This document shows positions 12,401 to 64,000 of a stretch of DNA of 64,000 bases, one piece after another; the stretch's first letter is position 1; every line of letters starts with the position of its first letter. The position numbers and the translations under genes were made by a program. The stretch lies in the NCBI RefSeq assembly GCF_001194135.2, contig NC_068988.1:29179270-29243269 (forward strand). Direction: 5' to 3'. The stretch is from Octopus bimaculoides (taxonomy: Eukaryota). The notes under the pieces were generated by a model, which ran no database searches, was not told where the DNA came from, and saw nothing but the letters and a program-made list of their open reading frames with translations.

Positions 12401-13206
12401 ATCTTCTCTTCCTCCCTCTCCTCCCTTCCTCTCTCTCTCTCTTTCCCCTTTCTTCCTCTCTATCATCTATCTATCTGTCTATCTATCTCCCTCTCAATCT
12501 TTCTTTCTCTCTCCCTCTCTCCCTCTCTACACACACACACTCTCTCTCTCTCTCTACTCTCTCTTTACTCTCTCTCTCTCTCACACTCTTTATATATCTC
12601 TCTCTCTCACACACACTCTCTCTCTCTCAACAGAAAACACCTGCAATAGTGAACTAAATAATTGATGAGTTGAATATCTGCTAACAAAAGACCGGTCAAA
12701 TGTGTTGTTGACTAATTTCATTGAACATGTCTTCGAACCAAACAACCGAACATATAGTGGAGGGGAGAGGCGCCATTGGCAGGAGGAATGTTCTGCTAGG
12801 ATGTATAACATGCTGGGAAGCGATTATAAAGAGCTGGCGATGGGAAGGACTGGAGCGAAACATCGAGGAGACAACAATATATTCCTATAAAGCGTCCTAG
12901 ATATGAATGTAATTATTATTGAAGATAAAGAAAGGGACATTTAAACAACTTATTGGCTGTTGCTACTGCAATGGAAGGAGAGAGAGAGAGAGAGGGGGGG
13001 GGAGAGAGATGTTATGAGACAGAGATGGAGTCTTTAGATTTATAACAGGACACAAGAGAACAAACTGCTTTCTTTTAACAATTTACCATTATTCTACTCT
13101 AAGTACGAACTGAAATGTCGTCTTCAACAACAGTATTATCAACATTATAGTCGTTTTCATTATCACAGACTTAAAGAGTTGTAACTATCTTTCATACTGT
13201 CTAAAT

Positions 13207-13250
<44 letters not shown>

Positions 13251-14269
13251 ACAACAAAATACATAGCGTTGCCAGAAATCATGATTAAATCTGTACTATA
13301 ATAAAGAAAATATAATTAATAAACGATATCATAGATATTACACAACGAAATTTATATGTATACTCTTTTACTTGTTTCAGTCATTTGACTGTGGCAATGC
13401 TGGAGCACCACTTTTAGTCGAGCAAATCGACCCCAGGACTTATTCTTTGGAAGCCTAGTACTTATTCTATCGATTTTCTTTTGCTGAACCGCTAAGTTAC
13501 AGGGACGTAAACATACCAGCATCGGTTGTCAAGCGATGTTGGAGGACAGTCCCTTCTCTTTTTCTTGCCTTTCAATTTCTTTTCCTGTTTTTTTTTCTCT
13601 CTTTGACAAAGAGCCTCATCCGAAACGTCAGATATTCTTCTGTTTCTTCCTCTTGTATATTGTACACTTCTTTGCTATTTTTCGCTTTATATGTCTACGC
13701 TTTTTCAAGCAAATGCATTCATTTGTCTGAATCCACATAGAAAATTTTGTTACTTTCCTCTTTGCCTCAAATTTTAATCGTATTTGTGGGATTTTTACGC
13801 ACACACATGTATATGTATGCATGTACATATGTGTGTATGTATGTGCATGTGTGTGAATGTGTTTGAGTGTACGTTCAACACATACGTAGAACAGACGAGC
13901 ATAGAACAGCACCGAGTTCCAGTCAGAGAATTATTTCTGGTTGCAATTGCTGACTACTTCAAGTCCTGTTATTCTAATCTCGTTTCCGATTATTAGATTG
14001 GATGTCAAGTGTTAATCTGATGATCAGAAGTGTGCGAAATTCGAATAACCAGACATGAAGTACTAGTTTTTACAACTATGTATGTGTGTATATATTATTC
14101 TTTTAAAATAATAGTGTTGATAGTGACTTCGAAGTTTCAGATCACTTAACCTTCATTGGTTTGTGATACATTTGAGTTCATATTGGCTTTATATAATCTC
14201 TAGCAAGTTTTTTGGTGGGGTGGGGCCTGTACGTGAAACCCTTGAATAATAATTAGGTTGTAAGATAAT

Positions 14270-14900
14270 ATCTGGTGGAAAGATACTAAAGACGGCTGTA
14301 ATTAAAGTTGATGTTGTGTTGTTTAGAGTTCAGTCCTGCATGTAAAACTGTAATCGAGTGTATATTTAGGTGTGTTAGCTTCAGGTCATGGGGTCGTATT
14401 TTAGGGTTCATAAAAGAATGCAGATTGGGGAAAAATTAGTTGGTCGATAAATGTGTAGCTAAGTTTAATCGTTGTTGATGCTGTCTGAACACTGATGGGA
14501 AAATATTACTTGTTTGCTTTGAAAAGATGGAGGTTATTGTTAGGAATTTAATCTAAGTTATAAAACTTCGTAATTACGTGTGTTTATTTAGATGCGTCGA
14601 TTTTGGGTCCTGGAGTTTTAGTTTGGAATTTTGGTTATCACGTGTCTTAAGTGTTCACAAAAGAATATGAATAGATGGAAAGCTTCGTTAGTCAGAAGAT
14701 ATTTTTGCTTATTGTTGGTGTTAGTTTAATACTATTTACAGGATTTAACTCGTTTGTTTCGTAAGGTGGAAGATATTGTTCAGAGTTCAGTCAAGCATGT
14801 AAGACTTTGTAATTACGTGTGTCAGCTTCAGGTCATGGTGCTTTGGGGCTCACAAAAGGATGTAGGTTGGAGAAAAGTTTGTTGAATAGCAGATTTCTAA
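14270..14900. repeat. Degenerate tandem repeat of about 230 bp, roughly 3 units
   Basis: AGAGTTCAGTC..GCATGTAA.AC at 14325 and 14782, with a diverged unit near 14543; each is followed by GT(G/T)CA(C/T)AAAAG.AT. Confidence 0.6.
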
Positions 14901-16413
14901 CTAGGAGTTAATTAGGGGTTTAAAAATTGAGTATTTTGGAGGGAATCTATTTTTGTTTCTATACGTGCACACGTTTTTATAATGCCTAGATTTACGGATA
15001 TTCGTGGGTCCAAGGTATCATATCAAAATATCATTAACAAGACCCACACTTGAAACCGAATTGAAGAAACGTTTATAAAAGCCATAGTTAACAAAGTTTA
15101 CGCCTCCAAAACATAAAGGTAAAATTTTCTAATTGTAATCAAATAAAATGAAGAGCAATTAACAGATCAATAAAATAAGCATCACTAAAATAAGGACTGG
15201 AGTTGATATAATCGATAACAGCCCTTAGGTTGTTGAAGGTCTCCCTGCTTGGCTACAGTCTAATGAATGAAAACAGTAACAATATAATTGATACGTTCAC
15301 ACCTTTCCAAAATCAATTGAATTCCAACTGTGAAGTGAGTATATCAATGAGTTGGCAATCTGTGAAATTACTAATGAGCCATACTGATATCGTCTGTCAT
15401 TTCTTTACATAGAAGCAGACCGGCCTAATGAGACGGCCTGCATGTGGTCACTTGACCTACTAGAAATAGCAGACAGTTTTTCAAACTACATTAGTGACCA
15501 CCCACTCTTGATGTGTGGGTGGCTCATGTAGAAATTTTGTACCATTCATCTATCTTCTCCTGTTCTTATTTGTTACACTTTCAATTCTATTAGCTCCATA
15601 ATGTTACTAATTCTAATGTTTCTGTTTTCCCCTTGGCCGTTTTCCAATAACCAATAAGTTTTATACACAATTTGCTCTTATGAGATACTCCAAATACGTA
15701 AATTTTGCTTGCCTTGTTCATTTGCAGGGCTCTGTTCAATACCAATTTCAAAATCACTCCTTGCCTTCTTTTAATGGTCACATAAGATGTAAGGTAGAGA
15801 CATATTGGTGTTTGGTGCTTGAGATTTGACTGTGGGTCTTATATGAGCCACTTATTTGTAAATCAATGGTATTTTGCTGGGGGTTTTTTTTTTTTTTTTT
15901 TTTTTTTTTTGCTATTTAATATCTCGGGACAAATTGTATTTGATACATAATCTGCTCTTTTCCTCCGTGATGCTCAAAAGGGCCATGGATACTACCTTCC
16001 CTCCAACCAATGGCAAAGACCCTCAAAAAACGTCATGAATGTTACCACTTGCCATGGATGTAGCTCAGTTTCTGAGGCCTTGAAACAATGGGTTACAAAT
16101 GTTGCCCTACCACCACTGAATAAATTATTAAAAAAATAAATAAATAGAAATAACAAACAAGTAAAAATATTTAAAACATAAATCAATTTTATTCAGTAAT
16201 CTTTTTTTTTTCCACAAAAAGATGTAAAGCTTAATTTCTGTTATGAAATAATTCTTATTAATTAATTTATAATTTTTTTTTCATTTTGTTATTTTCATCA
16301 TCATTAATTCCTAATTTGGTATCTGTGTATTTCGATTAATATATACATCCAGCTTATATTAATTTTTTTATTTTTTAATTACTTTTTATTTTATTTTATG
16401 TTTTGTACTTCAG

Positions 16414-16507
16414 GTTGGATGATCTTGTATCCACCCTGCACCCAGAAGATATTGCTAAAACATCTAAAAAAAAAATTAAGTTGAAGAAAAATAACAAATT
16501 AAATTAA
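16414..16507 (+). CDS. Tentative terminal exon of an unidentified plus-strand gene
   Basis: Long T-rich tract and TTCAG acceptor, then LDDLVSTLHPEDIAKTSKKKIKLKKNNKLN*. Frame and upstream exons not established. Confidence 0.25.
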
Positions 16508-18832
16508 AATATTTAAAAAAACTTATATATGAAAAAAAAAAAAAACTTAACAGTCCCGAATGAACATTTCCACCAGTCAGGTTTAAAAAAAAAAATACTA
16601 AAAAAAACAGGATATTTTTGTCTTGTGAGAAAAGTCGCTTGGATGAAGCACTGTTGAATGGACCAAATGTAAAGGAATACGGAGAGGGATGCAGCTCCTT
16701 GGTTTGGTGGGCAAGGATCTGTATAAAAGAATAATCGCAAACCTAACTTAGAAATAGATTTCCACAAGAACTCAACCCAAAAAACATGATTTCTAGTTGT
16801 CTTCACCGTTTAATATATGTCACAGCCAGAGTCATTGAAAAGGACTACAGATTGTTGTAATTATTATTATTACTATTGAATGAGAGAGCAGTGTATGCCA
16901 TCAAAGTGACAATGGGGTACAAATACACAAAGCCCAGTATACCCACCATGACTACCCGTCTGATAAGGGTACACCAGGCACATGCATCACAACCATATGT
17001 GTGTGACATGGTGACCTTATATCAAGATAAAAACAGCACATGACCTTGCAGGTGGGGCCCAGTTAGAATTTTCTTCAGGTCGAGTTGGTCATCTTGATAA
17101 AAAGGTCCCTGAATAAGGTTTGTTTAAGGACAATGAATATTAAAACAACCCTGTTTCCAGAGGTGAATTATTCAAACACTCCAAAAGAATCCTAGTCAAC
17201 ACATGGCTATGATGCTCTCCCCCCTACTACTCCTGTTCACAATTAATTATAACTATTTATTATACATTATTCAAATTTAAAAACCAAATAAAATAAAATT
17301 TCACAGGTCACATCACAGCATCTCTCTATATATACATATTTCTCTCGCTTATGTGTGCATATGCATGCAGCTTTCATATATGAACTAATACATGAGTTTG
17401 CATATCAGAGTGGTTTTCTATGTATACATACACAAATTCAGATATCAACAGTAGAATATATACACGTGTGTGTATGTTTGTGTAAAATTTTCTGTTAAAT
17501 AGGTAATGTGTGTTCGGATTTTCCCCTCTTTGTCTTACCATAACATACTCAACAGTTCATTCCAAACCATATCTTTTCCATAAAATTAACCCCCCCACCC
17601 TCGATACATTTTTTTCAAAATTACAGACTCTTATCCTTAATGGCATGTCTGTCTGGGAGAAAATCCTTGATTCTTGAGATTATTCCCCCATCACATTTGG
17701 AGTCGACACCAATTGTAATCAAACTGGATTATTCTCTCTGGAAAGAGATAATTTCAAAAAATCAAGAAATCACATAGGTGCAGGTGTGGTTGTGTGGTAA
17801 GAAGTTTCCTTTTCAACCACACAGTTTCAGGTTCAGTACCACTGTATGGCACCTTGGGCAAGTGTCTTTTACTATGCCCTCAAACGAAACAGTCTTGTGA
17901 GTGAATATTGTAGACAGAAACTGAAAGAAACCTGTTGCACGCGTGAGTTTGTCTCCCACCACCATTTGGAAACCGGTGTTGGTGTGTTTACATCCTGTGA
18001 CTTATTGGGAAAAGAGACAAATAGAATAAGTACCAGACTTTAAAAAAAAAAGCCCTGGGGTCAATTTGTTGAACTAAAATTTTTCAAGGTGGTGCTCCAG
18101 CATGGCCACAATCTAATGACTGAAATGATGAAAGAACTTATTTTACATGTCACCCAATGTCCCTTTAGTCATCATCATCATTTAATGTCTGCTTTCCATG
18201 CTAGCATGGGTTGGACGATTTGATTGAGGACTGGTGAACCAGATGGCTACACCAGGCTCCAATCTGATGTTTAAATGAATTCCACAGGGCAATCTGAGTT
18301 ATTTCTTTCAGCTCATTTGCATTTCATTTATTATGCAAATTACCTGAGCCATTAATGAGTTCAACTCTTATTTGCATATGTCCACATATCTTGTCAGCTG
18401 AAGATAATGTCGAACAATTGCTGAGTGGACAATGCCAAAACAAACGTGTGTCCAAAGCTGCCCTCCTGCCTTCAGAGAATCGAATTGTTTCTGAGGAATT
18501 CTAAATTCTTGAAATGATCTTCCTTTCTAAATTGAAGTTGGTATCAACAAGCACCAAGTGATTGGTATCTCCTCCCTGGGAAGGGAGATAATTTCAATAA
18601 ATTAGGAATTTTTTTTATATGTTGTTTAATATACCCTGATTTGTCTTGGCTGTTCAAATCTATCTCTAGCCACTGAGTTATCTCCCTTAGTTCATTTTTT
18701 TTTACCACCCACATCATATTTACATCTACATTTCTATGCTTGCATGGGTTAGATGCTTCCTCTCCAACACAGTATCTCTCTCTTTCATACATACTATTTG
18801 TTTCAGCCAGGGGCAGTGGCCATGCTGTATGT

Positions 18833-18871
<39 letters not shown>

Positions 18872-19549
18872 CCTGATAGCCAAGCCAGCAAGGAGATATC
18901 ATTCAAAACCTGAAACAATAATGCAAAGCGCATTGTGACCAGCGATGTATAACAACATCTGATAGTCTAGTCAATCACATGATATATATATATACATACT
19001 TATATATGTATATCATGTATATACATACCAATACACACATAAAATATTCTATCCCAGACTATCAACCCTGTCAAAAGTGCAGCAATAAATAGAACAAAGA
19101 AATGGTCAAATCTTCTGCCAAGTCACTATCATAAAGTTCATATGTGCTTTTTTCTTATTTTTCAGCAGTAAAACACCCAGTAATAAAATCTATCTCCCCC
19201 AAACATTTATGTTTCATATTTAAAGCTCCATTTTTACATTAATTATGCAATTATTCTCTGTTGGTTAACATTTGGAAGAAAAGTTTTTAGAACAGGAGAG
19301 AAGAATTTCATCAAGAACTTTTGTTGATTTTCATTCCATGAATTCTTCTTTTAGTGTTTGCTTCTCCGTTATAATTGAACATTTTATCTAAACACATTAT
19401 CAGCATATATCTTTACTTATAAAATGAATTCATATATATATATATATATATATATGCATACATATACATATGCATACACATAGATATATATATACATACA
19501 CACATAGATATATATATATACATACACACATAGATATATATATATACAT

Positions 19550-19586
<37 letters not shown>

Positions 19587-19591
19587 CACAC

Positions 19592-19624
<33 letters not shown>

Positions 19625-20317
19625 TATACATATATATATATATACACACACACTGATTTAAAAATTCACACGTATATCTATAATGTGTGTATATTGGTGT
19701 ATATACACTCTCATACACATAAGCAAAGTTTAAAAATTGGTAGTTATTTTGTATACAAAATACTATTTACACACACACACACACACACACACAATGTGTG
19801 GATCGAACAGAGATCTTTCAAAATGTGCAAAGTCCATTATAAATTATGTATGTCGTCAGTAAAAGTCCATGAGGAAGACAAGGCCATTGCTAATTCCAAA
19901 GTGTGTTGGGTGTCAGTCATCTGTACATAGAAGCATATAGCTTACACCTGTAGGAAACTGAAGACAATGTAAGCACCAAGGTGCTTCCTGGAGTTTCACG
20001 AAGCTCTAAAATATTTCATAAACCTTCTCTAGGAGCTGCAAAGTATTTTTACCATAACCCCCTCAAGTGCTCATGAAGAGCTTCCTTATGGTACCCCCAA
20101 ACACGAAATAGGAGTTTCTCTATGACTGTCAAGCATCCCCCAAGGAGTTTCCACTATAACCACTGCAAGGAGTTTTATAATGATCACCAAGGAGCTGCAG
20201 TAAATTTCCTAATGAGCTACGAGCAACTGCACGAAGTTTCATTAGAACTGCCAAATAGCTTTAAGGGGTCGTTTACAGATAGATGTTCCAGAATGTGGGT
20301 CCTAAAAGGAAGATGGT

Positions 20318-63715
<43,398 letters not shown>

Positions 63716-64000
63716 TCAATGGCAAACGGTGTAGTGATGATAGAGATAATGGAGATGATGGCGGCAGTGGTGGTGATGGTAATGATAGCTGTGGTGGTAG
63801 TAGTGATGTTGTGGTGGTTGAGGTTGTAATCGTGGTAGATGTGGTAGCTGTAGTGATGATGGTGGTGGTGGTAGTGGTAATAGGTAGCAAACATGATGGT
63901 TATGATAATAAAAGAAAATGACCAGGAGGACTACATCAAAATAGCAAAGAGCAATTTCTTTGACTGAGAGTAAATCTTGATTACAGACATATTTAAAAGG

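Noticed and set aside
12130-12900. Non-repetitive-looking stretches with 40-70 aa ORFs on both strands
   Set aside because: No recognisable homology and no consistent splice-site and phase chain.
14014-14050. CTGATGA...GAAA on the plus strand
   Set aside because: The intervening sequence cannot form stem II.

Overview
AT-rich, microsatellite-laden metazoan draft sequence with five N gaps. The SINE families and repeat landscape point to an octopus (coleoid cephalopod) genome; this is inference. The main feature is the 3' part of a minus-strand neurobeachin-like (NBEAL1/NBEAL2-type) BEACH gene. I traced 35 coding exons from 63679 to the stop at 20318. All introns are GT-AG and phase-compatible, giving 5154 nt or 1717 aa: ARM-like region, PH-BEACH, BEACH, WD40. 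The 5' exons lie beyond the window. The rest is mostly mobile-element debris: several SINE families, R4/Dong-type LINE fragments sitting in (TAA)n tracts, an RTE 3' end, a Penelope GIY-YIG relic, a mariner relic, piggyBac-like MITEs, a Helitron helicase scrap and a HINE-like element. A few weak plus-strand exon candidates lie at 4.3-4.7 kb and 16.4 kb. I found no clearly new biological system. The best leads are five hammerhead-ribozyme-like cores (each defective), a coupled tandem donor/acceptor pair in one NBEAL intron, a candidate restorative A-to-I site in the BEACH domain, and a repeated motif in the presumed 3' UTR.
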